A stretch of DNA of 19,957 nt from Myxococcota bacterium (GCA_039208735.1 JBCCQY010000174.1:1-19957), one strand, 5' to 3'; shown: positions 1 to 9,158, counted from the first letter of the stretch. Translations and numbers: made by a program. The notes: generated by a model not told the origin, from the sequence alone.

Positions 1-119
1 AGAGCGAATCCACGCGGCGGCCCGCAGAGACGTGGAGGCGTCGAAGTTCGCGGAGTTCCTCTGGGGTGAGCGCAGACATCGTCAGTGCTGATCCACCTTC
101 TCGAGAATGGTCTTCACCA
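1..119 (-). repeat. Exact 119-bp inverted duplication of 206..324 (fold-back; probable chimera or assembly artefact)
   Basis: The reverse complement of 1..119 (TGGTGAAGACCATTCTCGAG...CGTGGATTCGCTCT) matches 206..324 base for base. Identity ends at 120/205, leaving an 86-nt spacer. Confidence 0.95.
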
Positions 120-120
120 C

Positions 121-243
121 GTCAAGGCGATTGCGCCCGACGTGCTTCGGCATCGCATCCTGCCCACCTACGAAGCCGAAGCGGACGGCCGGACGCCCGA
201 TGACCTGGTGAAGACCATTCTCGAGAAGGTGGATCAGCACTGA
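121..243 (+). CDS. moxR: C-terminal fragment of a MoxR-family AAA+ ATPase (5' part missing)
   Basis: My translation is VKAIAPDVLRHRILPTYEAEADGRTPDDLVKTILEKVDQH*, containing the typical MoxR C-terminal VK..A..VLRHR motif. It ends 2 nt before a DUF58 gene, the usual order. Not in the ORF track. Confidence 0.85.
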   Translation, partial: VKAIAPDVLRHRILPTYEAEADGRTPDDLVKTILEKVDQH

Positions 244-245
244 CG

Positions 246-1118
246 ATGTCTGCGCTCACCCCAGAGGAACTCCGCGAACTTCGACGCCTCCACGTCTCTG
301 CGGGCCGCCGCGTGGATTCGCTCTTCGCAGGCGAGTACCGCAGCGCGGTGCGTGGCAAGGGCATGGAATTCGAAGAGGTGAGGGAGTACGTGCCCGGCGA
401 CGACGTTCGCCACATCGATTGGAACGTGACGGCACGCACCACCGAGCCCCATGTCAAGGTCTTCCGTGAGGAGCGGCAGGCCACCGTATTGCTCGTGATC
501 GACGTCTCAGGTTCGGTGCGCGTAGGGGCAGGAGGGCGAGATGGCCGCACGTCGCGTCGCCTGCAGATCGCCCGCATCGCGGGAGGGCTGGCCTACGCGT
601 CGATCCGCAACCAAGACCGTGTCGGGCTCGTCACGTTCACCAATCAGGTCGAAACGTACCTTCCCCCACGTAAGAACCGAGGCCATGTGTGGGCGGTCAT
701 CCGAGCCGCCTTCGCGGCCAGCGGCGCCGAGCGAGGCACCGATTTGGCGGAGTCGTTGCGCTTCGTCCAGTCCGTTCAGCGACGCCGGGCCGTCGTCGTC
801 GTGGTGTCCGACTTTCTCGACGAGCCGAACTACCTCGACAAACTTGGTCCGATCGCGCGTCGCCACCAGGTGCATGCGGTGGTCGTCCATGGGCCGTTTG
901 ACGAGGCCTTTCCCGCGCTCGGCCTCACCGAGGTCGTCGACGCTGAAACAGGTCGTCGCATGCTCGTGGACGGTGCTTCCTTCCTGGCCCGCTCGTCGGT
1001 GGAGTCCCGGGTCAGGGACCTGCGACGATGCGGGGCCAAGGTGGTCCCGATTTCGACCGATGCCGATCCCTTCACGGCCCTCATGAACCACTTCCACCGG
1101 GAGGGGCACCGCCGATGA
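246..1118 (+). CDS. DUF58 domain (VWA-like) protein, MoxR-associated
   Basis: Motifs GEYRS..RGKGMEFEEVREYVPGDDVRHIDWNVTAR, VKVFREER, MIDAS-like DVSGS and VVVSDF. Confidence 0.95.
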   Translation: MSALTPEELRELRRLHVSAGRRVDSLFAGEYRSAVRGKGMEFEEVREYVPGDDVRHIDWNVTARTTEPHVKVFREERQATVLLVIDVSGSVRVGAGGRDGRTSRRLQIARIAGGLAYASIRNQDRVGLVTFTNQVETYLPPRKNRGHVWAVIRAAFAASGAERGTDLAESLRFVQSVQRRRAVVVVVSDFLDEPNYLDKLGPIARRHQVHAVVVHGPFDEAFPALGLTEVVDAETGRRMLVDGASFLARSSVESRVRDLRRCGAKVVPISTDADPFTALMNHFHREGHRR

Positions 1119-2014
1119 AGCTCTTGGTCACCCTCGCGGTTTTGGGTTGTGGAACGTCAGAGGAGGCGGCTCCGATCGAACGGGCTCCCATCGAGGTGCG
1201 AGCCACGCTCGAACGAACGCCCGAGGGCCGCAGCGGCGTCTTGGTGGTTCAAATCGAACATCCGCGAACTCTCGACATCGATCTGCCCGTCCCGGTCGGC
1301 TCCGGCCTGTCGTTCGAACGCATCGAAACGCCCGAGGCGGAGTCGCTGGGGGAGCGAAGCCTCATCACCCAACGGTTTCGTTTTTCAGGTCAGCAGGGCC
1401 ACTACGAGATTCAGCCGGTGGAGGTGACCTACCCCGGGCCCGACGGGCAGCCGGTGGTCGCCTCAAGTGACGCGATCTTCCTCGATCTCGAAACCGCTCC
1501 CATCAAGGCGGGCGAAATCGACGACATCACCGTGCCCCCCCCGTCGGGGAACACCCTGATTTGGGTGGTCGCGGCCATGGGTGCGGTGGTCGGAGGGCTG
1601 GTGTTTGCGTTCTGGCCCCGTCGGCGAACGAACGAAGTCGTGGCACAACCGCCGCTTCCTCCCCATCTCGCCGCCCTGCAGGCCTGGGAGCGGGTGCGCA
1701 CCGATCCTGACCGCTCTGATGAGGACAAAGCACGCGCCCTTTCGGTGATCTTCCGCCAGTACAGTGAAGGAGCGTTGCGCTTCGAGGCCAGCGCCTGGAC
1801 GACCTCCGAGATCTTGGCCCACCTGCGGGCCCTGGCCCACCTTCCCAAGGGCAACGTGCCCCGGGCCAAGCGGCTGCTCCGCGCGACCGACCGCATCAAA
1901 TTCGCGGAGGAACGACCCACGGCCGACCTGATCGACGAGCTGGACGCCGATCTACGCGCATTCATTGACGCCACCCGACCTCGCCACACCCTACCGAGGC
2001 AAGGAGGTGCCTAA
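1115..2014 (+). CDS. Bat-operon lipoprotein/membrane protein (BatD-like beta domain, one TM helix, cytoplasmic C-terminal domain)
   Basis: ATG at 1115 overlaps the DUF58 stop (ATGA). MKLLVTLAVLGC is lipobox-like, and LIWVVAAMGAVVGGLVFAFW is a TM segment. The C-terminal TTSEIL..L / DRIKFA motifs are typical of the gene between DUF58 and batA. Confidence 0.8.
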   Translation: MKLLVTLAVLGCGTSEEAAPIERAPIEVRATLERTPEGRSGVLVVQIEHPRTLDIDLPVPVGSGLSFERIETPEAESLGERSLITQRFRFSGQQGHYEIQPVEVTYPGPDGQPVVASSDAIFLDLETAPIKAGEIDDITVPPPSGNTLIWVVAAMGAVVGGLVFAFWPRRRTNEVVAQPPLPPHLAALQAWERVRTDPDRSDEDKARALSVIFRQYSEGALRFEASAWTTSEILAHLRALAHLPKGNVPRAKRLLRATDRIKFAEERPTADLIDELDADLRAFIDATRPRHTLPRQGGA

Positions 2015-2976
2015 TGGAGTTCGCCAACCCCGCGGCCTTCCTCTTGCTCGTACCGGTGGCCTTGCTGCCACTTCAGCGCTGGCTGACCGGGCGCAACGTG
2101 CTCGCCATTCCCCGGTTGAAGGACCGCAACCGTAGGCTCACCCTCCGACTGTTGTTGGCGTGGGTGCCGGCCGTTCTTCAGATTGCAGCCTTGGCCCTCA
2201 TGGTGGTCGCGCTTGCGAGGCCTCGCCTCACCAGACGAGACGTCCGTGTCGATAGTGAAGGCCTCGACATCATTCTCGCCGTAGACACCTCGGGCAGTAT
2301 GCGAGCCACCGACTTCAGCCTGTCGACGGGCCAAGTGAACCGCCTCCAAGTCGCCAAGGGCGTGATGGCCGAGTTCATTCGAGGACGGCCGCATGACCGC
2401 ATCGGCGTGGTGGTGTTCGGCGAAGAAGCGTTCACCCACGTGCCGCTAACCATCGACCACGACACGCTCCTCAACATCATGGACCAGGTCGAGATCGGCG
2501 TCGCCGGCGCCCAGCGGACCGCCATCGGCTCTGCCATCGCGGTAAGCGCAAAGCGCCTCAAGGACCTGACGGCTCCGGACCGCCTCGTGATCTTGCTCAC
2601 CGACGGCCGCGACAACGGCGACCAGATCTCGCCCATGGAGGCCGCGCAGGCGGCAGCGGCCCTCGACATCAAGCTCTACACGGTGGGGGTCGGCGCTCAA
2701 CAACGGTCTCCGGCCCTGATGCGACTCGCCGATGGCCTCGATGAACGCGGGCTCGCCCAAATCGCTGAGGTCACAGCCGGTCAGTACTTCCGAGCCACCG
2801 ACGCCAAGAGCCTCGAACGCATCTACGAGACGATCGATCAGCTCGAACCCTCGCCCGCCGAGGTCATCGAACTGGTCCAACACGAAGAACTCTACCGACG
2901 CTTCCTCGTCCCGGGTGTGATGTTGCTTGGCCTCCAGCTGCTCCTTTCGGGCACCGTGTTGCGGAGGGGACCATGA
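2014..2976 (+). CDS. batA: BatA-like VWA domain membrane protein
   Basis: N-terminal MEFANP..LLL segment, ALARP, MIDAS DTSGS, DRIGVVVF, PLT.DH, TAIG.AI, ILLTDG and GQYFRA; C-terminal TM. TAATG coupling with the upstream gene. Confidence 0.9.
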   Translation: MEFANPAAFLLLVPVALLPLQRWLTGRNVLAIPRLKDRNRRLTLRLLLAWVPAVLQIAALALMVVALARPRLTRRDVRVDSEGLDIILAVDTSGSMRATDFSLSTGQVNRLQVAKGVMAEFIRGRPHDRIGVVVFGEEAFTHVPLTIDHDTLLNIMDQVEIGVAGAQRTAIGSAIAVSAKRLKDLTAPDRLVILLTDGRDNGDQISPMEAAQAAAALDIKLYTVGVGAQQRSPALMRLADGLDERGLAQIAEVTAGQYFRATDAKSLERIYETIDQLEPSPAEVIELVQHEELYRRFLVPGVMLLGLQLLLSGTVLRRGP

Positions 2977-4844
2977 ACCTTTGCGACGGCACATGGTTGC
3001 CGCAATGCGAATGGATGCTGCTGTGGCCGGGCGTCCTCCTGCTGGGTGCACTGGTGGCGGGCTGGGCCTACTGGGCCCGCCAGCAGCTCGCTCGGTTCGT
3101 CCATGGCGGGCAGTTTGAACAAGTTCTGCCCCAATCGGTGCGCGTGCGACGAACCATCCGAGACCTCCTCGCGTTCTTGGGACTCGCCCTCGCCCTGTTT
3201 GCCCTCGCCGGTCCTCGCTTCGACAAGCAGCTGCAAATCGTGAGGACGAGCGGCACCGACTTGGTCTTGCTGCTCGACCTTTCCCGTTCGATGGACGCGC
3301 GAGACGTCGATCCGAGCCGGCTCGAACGGGCCCGAAGGGAAATCCGCGACCTGGGGCGCCTCATCACGGGTGACCGCGTGGGCCTCGTCGTGTTTGCGGG
3401 CGGAGCCTATCCGCGCCTGCCCTTGACCGAGGACTACACCGCGGTTGAGCTCGTTGTGTCCGAGACCGACACCGAAAGCTTCCAGGCGCAAGGCTCCGAA
3501 CTCGGCGAGGCCATTCGGGAGGCCCTCGAGCTGCTCGACAACCACGACGACGACCAGGCTGGCCAAGCCCTGATCGTGCTGTCCGATGGGGAGACCCACA
3601 ACTCTGAAGACGCGCTCGCCGCGGCTCGCGAAGCCTTCGACAAGAACATTCCCATCTATGCGATGGGCATTGGCATCGACCGCGCCACGATTCCCACCCA
3701 GGACGGCCGTCCGCTTCGCTACGAGAACGAAATCGTGTACACCGAACCCGATTTTTCGACGCTCCAGGCCGTCGCACGGGAAACCGGCGGCGCCTTCGTC
3801 CAAAGCAACGCATCCGATAACGACATGGAAGGTCTCTACAGGGAAATCCGCGGCTCGATCGAGTCGGTGGCGCGCGACATGCGTCAACGGGAAACCTGGC
3901 GTGAAGCCTTCGCCTGGCCGCTCGGCATCGCCATCCTCTTCCTGCTCGTGTCGGGCTGGCTGGGGGAGGGTCGTCGCCGGTTTGGCGCAGCCACCGCCGT
4001 GCTCCTCGCATTGGGCCTTGCGAGTTCCTCCTCCGCCCTCGCCGGACCCCTCGAAGACGCGGACGCCCTGTTCCGCGAAGGGTCTTACGAACGCGCCGCC
4101 GACCACCTCACCGAGCTTTCGCTGACGAATCCTAACGACGTCGATGTGCTGCAACGGCTCGGCGCAGCTCGGTACCGCGCGGGGGACTACGAAGGTGCGG
4201 CTCGAGCCTTTGAGCAAGCCGCGGAGCTTGGCGGAGACCCCGATGCGCGTTTCAACGCCGGAAACGCTCACTATCGCGCCGGCCGACTCGAACGGGCTCT
4301 GCAGGAGTACGACCGCGCCCTGCAAGACTCGCCCAACCACCTCAGTGCAGCCCGCAACCGCCAGCTGGTGGAGCAGGAGATCTTGCGCCGTCGCGATGTG
4401 CAGCCGCCTCCGCCTCCAAAGCCCAAGCCGAACCCGGGCGAGGATGCCAAGGAGCAAAAGGAGCCCCCGCCTAATGGCCAACCGCCCCAAGAGCAGGAGC
4501 AAGACGGCGAGGGCGACGGTGAAGACCAAGAGGGGGACGAGGAACAAGCGGGTGGCGAGCCACCGCCAGACGAAGGCGACCCCAAACCGGCCAATGAGTC
4601 CGGCGATAGCGAGCCCAAGTCGCAAGACCGTCCCGACGAACCAGGGACGTCGGACGCCATCGATCCCACGTCGGTGCAAGACCCCGGAGACACCGAGCCG
4701 AACCAAGAGCCCAGCGGCGATGGCGGCGAGATCGACCCCACGGGTCCCATCACGGAAGGGCAGGCGCATCGACTCCTCGATTCGATCGAAGAGGGCAGCC
4801 AGCGGGTCCAAATCCGAGGCGCATCAGGGGGCAAGCCGTGGTGA
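2973..4844 (+). CDS. batB: BatB-like VWA domain fused to BatC-like TPR repeats and an acidic Pro/Gln-rich tail
   Basis: ALAGP, MIDAS DLSRSM...D..PSRLERA, DRVGLVVFAG, PLTED and LSDGE. Then two hydrophobic segments, TPRs (FNAGNAHYRAG..ERALQEYDRAL), a low-complexity E/Q/D/P tract and a terminal A.RLLDSI..E...KPW as in BatC. ATGA coupling. Confidence 0.88.
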   Translation: MNLCDGTWLPQCEWMLLWPGVLLLGALVAGWAYWARQQLARFVHGGQFEQVLPQSVRVRRTIRDLLAFLGLALALFALAGPRFDKQLQIVRTSGTDLVLLLDLSRSMDARDVDPSRLERARREIRDLGRLITGDRVGLVVFAGGAYPRLPLTEDYTAVELVVSETDTESFQAQGSELGEAIREALELLDNHDDDQAGQALIVLSDGETHNSEDALAAAREAFDKNIPIYAMGIGIDRATIPTQDGRPLRYENEIVYTEPDFSTLQAVARETGGAFVQSNASDNDMEGLYREIRGSIESVARDMRQRETWREAFAWPLGIAILFLLVSGWLGEGRRRFGAATAVLLALGLASSSSALAGPLEDADALFREGSYERAADHLTELSLTNPNDVDVLQRLGAARYRAGDYEGAARAFEQAAELGGDPDARFNAGNAHYRAGRLERALQEYDRALQDSPNHLSAARNRQLVEQEILRRRDVQPPPPPKPKPNPGEDAKEQKEPPPNGQPPQEQEQDGEGDGEDQEGDEEQAGGEPPPDEGDPKPANESGDSEPKSQDRPDEPGTSDAIDPTSVQDPGDTEPNQEPSGDGGEIDPTGPITEGQAHRLLDSIEEGSQRVQIRGASGGKPW

Positions 4845-6445
4845 TGCTGTGGTTGCTCGCCTTCGTCGCCCAGGCCGCACAGGTCCTGTTGCAGGTCGAA
4901 CCCGAGCGACTCATGGAAGGCCAGTCGGGGCGCGTCCGCCTCGTTGTGGTGGAAAACACTGCGGGGCGGGGCACGCTGCGGCTGTCGCAGGTCCCGGTCC
5001 TTCCGCACGAAGACGGGCTGTCGGTCGGATTTGAGGGGCAATCCAGCGAGTTTCGTGTCGTCAACGGCCAGATCAGCCAGCTCTTGTCGTTCACCTACCG
5101 GCTCACGGCCGTCCGTGAGGGCGATTGGCGTCTCGGTCCGGTCGACGTTCGACTCGACAGCGGCTCAAAGGTGTCGACCAAAGCCATCACCATCAAGGTC
5201 AGTCCCCGTTCGGCCACCCAGCAAGATCGTCCCGAAGTGGTGGCCACCGGCGCCTTTGACGTCGAGGAGGCTTACGAGGGGCAAGTCGTACTCTACGAAT
5301 ACCGTCTGGAATCCACCAATCCGGAGGCCCGAGCGGAGTGGCAGTTTCCGACCTTCGAAGGGTTGCGGCTCCCCCAGGAAGGTCAGCCGGAGCAACGCAG
5401 CTTCCTCATCGAAGATCCAGAGGGTTCCATCTTCGTTTCCGAAGGAGCGCTGCCGCTCATCGCCTCCGGTACGGGGACCCGGGAGCATCCCCCGGCCATC
5501 GCCAAGGTCCAAACCCCCATCGGACCCCAACGCAGGTTGCTCTTCCGTCGCGTGCGAACCGATCCATGGGCCACCCGACCGGCTTCGCTGACCGTGCGCC
5601 CCTTGCCCAAGCCACCTCCCGACTTCTCAGGCCTGGTCGGAGACTTTGACGTCCGCTCCAAAGTGGACCGGACCCAAGCCGTCGTCGGGCAATCCATTGG
5701 TTGGACGGTTCAAATTACGGGCAACGGCTCCCTCGAAGGCTACACGTTGCCCCCCTACGAGGTGCCGGGGGCCAGCGTGTACGACACCGACGCCTACGTC
5801 GTCGCCAAGGTGCAGGATGGCGCCTACACCTCGGCCGCGACCTTCACTCGGGCGCTCGTTCCCACCCAACCGGGCCAGTGGTCACCTCCTGCCCCCACGC
5901 TCGTGACGTTCTCACCGAGCCAAGCCGCATTCGTCACGCACGAGCTGAGCATTCCTTCGATCGAAGTCCGGCCCGGACGCGAGGGCGCCGGCGAGGTCAC
6001 TTCCTTCGCGCCCGAGGCGTCGCCCGACCTCGAGCTGGCGAGCATCGACATGGCGCCCCGCCCGATTCTGCGGTCCGGTCGCGCCAACGCTTGGCGCCTC
6101 ACGGGGTGGCTCCCGCTAGCCTTGGGCATCACCGCCTTGCCAGGCCTGTTGCTCTGGTTTCGTGAGGGCGTCACCGGCTTTGCGGCGTGGTGGGAGAAGC
6201 GTCGCGAAGTCGTGATTGTAGAGCGCACGGCCATCGAGGTGCTCGCCTCCGCTCCCCGGGAGATGGAAGCCCGCCAGGCGGCTTACGAGGCGGCCCTCCG
6301 GATTGCGATCGATGCCCACCCCGAGGACGAAGAGCTTCAGGGACTCTTCCAAACCTTCCTTCGTGCGCGCTTCGGCGACGGATCCGTCTCGCGCGACCTC
6401 GAGGACCGCATTGAGCGGGCCATCCGCAATCGGGAGGCGCCATGA
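4841..6445 (+). CDS. batD: BatD-like protein (repeated beta-sandwich domains, C-terminal TM)
   Basis: N-terminal signal peptide; SSEFRVVNGQ, V.PLP...P..FSGLVGDF and V.ITGNGSL motifs; TM helix near the C-terminus. The start could be 4838, 4841 or 4844, all coupled to the batB stop. Confidence 0.88.
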   Translation: MMLWLLAFVAQAAQVLLQVEPERLMEGQSGRVRLVVVENTAGRGTLRLSQVPVLPHEDGLSVGFEGQSSEFRVVNGQISQLLSFTYRLTAVREGDWRLGPVDVRLDSGSKVSTKAITIKVSPRSATQQDRPEVVATGAFDVEEAYEGQVVLYEYRLESTNPEARAEWQFPTFEGLRLPQEGQPEQRSFLIEDPEGSIFVSEGALPLIASGTGTREHPPAIAKVQTPIGPQRRLLFRRVRTDPWATRPASLTVRPLPKPPPDFSGLVGDFDVRSKVDRTQAVVGQSIGWTVQITGNGSLEGYTLPPYEVPGASVYDTDAYVVAKVQDGAYTSAATFTRALVPTQPGQWSPPAPTLVTFSPSQAAFVTHELSIPSIEVRPGREGAGEVTSFAPEASPDLELASIDMAPRPILRSGRANAWRLTGWLPLALGITALPGLLLWFREGVTGFAAWWEKRREVVIVERTAIEVLASAPREMEARQAAYEAALRIAIDAHPEDEELQGLFQTFLRARFGDGSVSRDLEDRIERAIRNREAP

Positions 6446-7179
6446 GACTGTTGTGGGCGCTGACCCTGGGGTGTGCCGGGGGTGGCGTCGTCGCGGACGG
6501 CGCGGCGATCTATGACGAGAATCGAGTCGACGACGCGGTGACCACGTGGAGCGAGGTGGATGAAGCCGGTCCACCCTCCGGCATCGTGCTCTACAACATC
6601 GGTACGGCCTGGCTGCGCAAAGGAGATGCCCCCCAGGCCATCGCCCATCTCCGAGCCGCCGGTGCAAGGCGACCTCGCGACGGTGCGGTCAACCACAATC
6701 TCGCCCTGGCGAGAGCCGAGCTTGGTGCCGTGCCCCCACCGGTCGGGCTCGCAGCCGGCTGGATGGCGGTCGTGACGCCAGGAGAACTCGCTGCGCTGGG
6801 CTGGCTCCTCATTTTGCTCGGTTCCGGCATGGTGGTGGCCCACGTGGTGCGTGCGAACAATGCGGACCCGCTTCGGCGCTCCGCCGCCGGCGTGGGGGGA
6901 TTGGGACTGGTACTCGCAGGCCTGGGCATTGGCTACGTGGCCGTCCAAGGCGCCACCGACCACCGACGACATCCCGTCGCGGTGGTGGCCGTGGAGTCCA
7001 CCCCGCTACGGGACAGTCCTCGGGTCGATGCGCAAAGTCGGTCGCGCCTTCGCCTCGGCTCCGAAGTCCGCCTTGAACAGCAAATGGGCGACTTCTGGCT
7101 CGTGGTCGATGGAAAGGAGCGCCGTGGATGGGTCGCCCGTGCGGCCATGGTGGTTCCGCTGGGCTTCCGCGTGCGCTAA
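6442..7179 (+). CDS. batE: BatE-like protein (TPR, TM hairpin, C-terminal SH3b domain)
   Basis: TPR LYNIGTAWLRKG...AIAHLR.A....PRD..V.HNL; two TM helices; SH3-like LR..P........L..GSEV........W..V....RRGWV. ATGA coupling. Confidence 0.88.
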   Translation: MRLLWALTLGCAGGGVVADGAAIYDENRVDDAVTTWSEVDEAGPPSGIVLYNIGTAWLRKGDAPQAIAHLRAAGARRPRDGAVNHNLALARAELGAVPPPVGLAAGWMAVVTPGELAALGWLLILLGSGMVVAHVVRANNADPLRRSAAGVGGLGLVLAGLGIGYVAVQGATDHRRHPVAVVAVESTPLRDSPRVDAQSRSRLRLGSEVRLEQQMGDFWLVVDGKERRGWVARAAMVVPLGFRVR

Positions 7180-7204
7180 GCCGCTACGAAGAACGGCTTA
7201 GCGC
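7173..7204. terminator. Perfect 11-bp hairpin between the convergent batE and bor-like genes
   Basis: GCGCTAAGCCG-N10-CGGCTTAGCGC. There is no poly-T tail, so it is not a canonical intrinsic terminator. Confidence 0.5.
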
Positions 7205-7211
7205 TCCTGAA

Positions 7212-7499
7212 TCACTGGTTGCAGGTGATCTTGGCGACGGTCGGCGTGTAGATGCCGCTCGTCAGACCCGCCAGCAGAAGGTTCCAGAAGTTTTGCCGGG
7301 TCGAAACGTGGTGTGCGCCCTTAGGGCCGCACTCCTTGCGAACGTCAACTTCGGTGAGCGGAATCAGGCCCACGATGACCGCGTGGCTCCACACGCGGAC
7401 TTCCTTACCGGGCGTGCTCTCCGGCGAGAAGTTCGTGATTTCGGTCTTGTAGCAAGCGGTCAGCGCGAGGGGAGCAAGCACGAGCAGGGTACGAAGCAT
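7212..7499 (-). CDS. Bor/Iss-like small lipoprotein (95 aa)
   Basis: GGAG upstream of ATG at 7499; lipobox ALTAC. Bor-family pattern GLI.....D....CG......V...QNF.N.LL..LT.GIYTP......C with two conserved Cys. Confidence 0.85.
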   Translation of the reverse strand: MLRTLLVLAPLALTACYKTEITNFSPESTPGKEVRVWSHAVIVGLIPLTEVDVRKECGPKGAHHVSTRQNFWNLLLAGLTSGIYTPTVAKITCNQ

Positions 7500-7640
7500 T
7501 CGATTCTCCAGGGGGCAGTGTCGGCCCGACGGGACGCTACCACAGCTCAGCCGTTCCTCAACTTTTGCCAAGACTGTACGAAGCCTTCACGAAGGTTCCC
7601 AAGCTCGGCCACCGCTACGTCACCAGTACAGGAGGACCCC

Positions 7641-9158
7641 ATGCTCCGAGCCTGGCTCGTCTCGCTTGCCTTCGTCGCGTGCAGCGGCGGAACCGACCCA
7701 GAGTCGACGACGCCCGATCCATCGACGTCTGGACCTACCGGGCCCGGACCCACCGACGACCCGACCAAACCACTCGAATTTGCTGATACGGTAGAAGGCC
7801 CCGCTCAGAAGGGACCGTTCCTCAAAGGTTCGGCGGTCTCGGCCCAAGAACTCGGAGCGCAAGGCCAGCCGACGGGCTCATCGGTCACCGGTTCCGTCAA
7901 CGATGAAGGCCGCTACTCGCTAAGCGGCCTCACCTGGGAGGCGCCAACCTGGCTGGAGGTCTCCGGTCAGGTCTTGGACGAGATCGAATGCGAACCCTCC
8001 TACGGATCCTTCACGTTGAATGCGGCGGTGCTTCCCGTGAAGGGCCGCACGTCAGCCATCAATCTGTTCACCGATCTCGCAGCGCACCGCATCGCAACCC
8101 TGATGGCGGCCGGCGATGAGTTCGAAACGGCCCAGGCCACGGCCATTGCAGAAATGACGCCGCTGTGGGGACTGTCGAACCGGCCCGAGGACCTGGATGT
8201 GTTCGGCGGTCCGGGCAATGATGGCGAAGAGCTGGATCTGCTCCTCTACTCCGCCGCAGCGATGGACGAGAGACTGGAACAGGACGAATGGGTGGAACTG
8301 CGGGAGGACTTCGCCGATGATGGTCTGCTGAACGGAGCTGGACTCCGGCTGCATACCGACATCGTCGAAACGATTCAGGCCGACCCGGCCGACCTCCTCG
8401 ACACGGCGCAGCGCTGCCTGGCCAAAGACTACGAGACGCTTCCGCCCGTCACCGACGGAAACCTCGGTTTCTTCCTCAATGGCTGTTTGGGGGCCTACCT
8501 CTTACGGCCCGATCGCGTGGTCTGCGAAGGTCTGGATACCGAGTTCTCGCTGGGCTCTGGCGACACCGTGTCCCTGCAGTGGATCCCCGATCTGCCCGGC
8601 CTGCACGTCGCCCTCATCTTTCAGCCGTGCTCGAGCGGCACCTATGCGTTTGGCACCACCAATGGCGCCCTCTCGAGCGGGTCGTTCACCGAATTTACCC
8701 TCGAAACTCGCGACACGCCGAGCGAAGCGCCCATCGATTGGGGGCTCACGTCGGGCTGCTCGGGCAACGAGACGTTTTCCGTCGCCGCGATTCGAACCTC
8801 GGATGGTTCCGCCAACGCACCGCTCGAACTGACCTTCGGCGCTGAATTCGACGGGCGCGTCAGCAACGAGTTCTTCGGCCCGAGCCGCATCGCTCACTAC
8901 GTGGTGCAAGGCGCCGCCAGTCGCGTGACTGTCTTCGATTTCAACTCGGGCACCGGCCTCAACGCGCAGAACTTCATGGTCCGCGTCTTCGACTCGCCCG
9001 ATGAGCGCACCCAAACGCTGTTGGCCAGCGACGACGGGGTCGCATTCAAGGAACTGACCTTCGCCCCCAAGGGCAACCAAACCTACATCCAGGTCATCAA
9101 CTCGGCCGCCCAAGCGGTTCCTCAGACCTACGCGCAATTCTCGATCACCGTGGAGTGA
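7641..9158 (+). CDS. Large uncharacterised lipoprotein (505 aa) with G.AQKGPF..GS.V...EL N-terminal domain
   Basis: GGAGG 5 nt upstream of ATG at 7641; lipobox FVAC; P/T/S/D-rich linker; several further Cys; beta-rich C-terminal half. The ORF-track start at 7128 would run across the bor-like gene. Confidence 0.8.
   Translation: MLRAWLVSLAFVACSGGTDPESTTPDPSTSGPTGPGPTDDPTKPLEFADTVEGPAQKGPFLKGSAVSAQELGAQGQPTGSSVTGSVNDEGRYSLSGLTWEAPTWLEVSGQVLDEIECEPSYGSFTLNAAVLPVKGRTSAINLFTDLAAHRIATLMAAGDEFETAQATAIAEMTPLWGLSNRPEDLDVFGGPGNDGEELDLLLYSAAAMDERLEQDEWVELREDFADDGLLNGAGLRLHTDIVETIQADPADLLDTAQRCLAKDYETLPPVTDGNLGFFLNGCLGAYLLRPDRVVCEGLDTEFSLGSGDTVSLQWIPDLPGLHVALIFQPCSSGTYAFGTTNGALSSGSFTEFTLETRDTPSEAPIDWGLTSGCSGNETFSVAAIRTSDGSANAPLELTFGAEFDGRVSNEFFGPSRIAHYVVQGAASRVTVFDFNSGTGLNAQNFMVRVFDSPDERTQTLLASDDGVAFKELTFAPKGNQTYIQVINSAAQAVPQTYAQFSITVE

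Noticed and set aside
1..324. Inverted repeat as a MITE, hairpin telomere or invertible switch
   Set aside because: The arms are ordinary moxR/DUF58 coding sequence with 100% identity running to the window edge, and no recombinase gene is nearby.
4400..4745. Repetitive-looking GAG/CAA/GAC/CCC tract as a repeat array
   Set aside because: It is the coding low-complexity acidic tail of the BatC-like region, with no fixed repeat unit or spacers.
2892..4811. 639-aa minus-strand ORF
   Set aside because: Antisense shadow of batB-C in GC-rich DNA; no motifs.
7128..7640. N-terminal extension of the 676-aa ORF
   Set aside because: It overlaps batE and the bor-like gene; the RBS and lipoprotein signal place the start at 7641.
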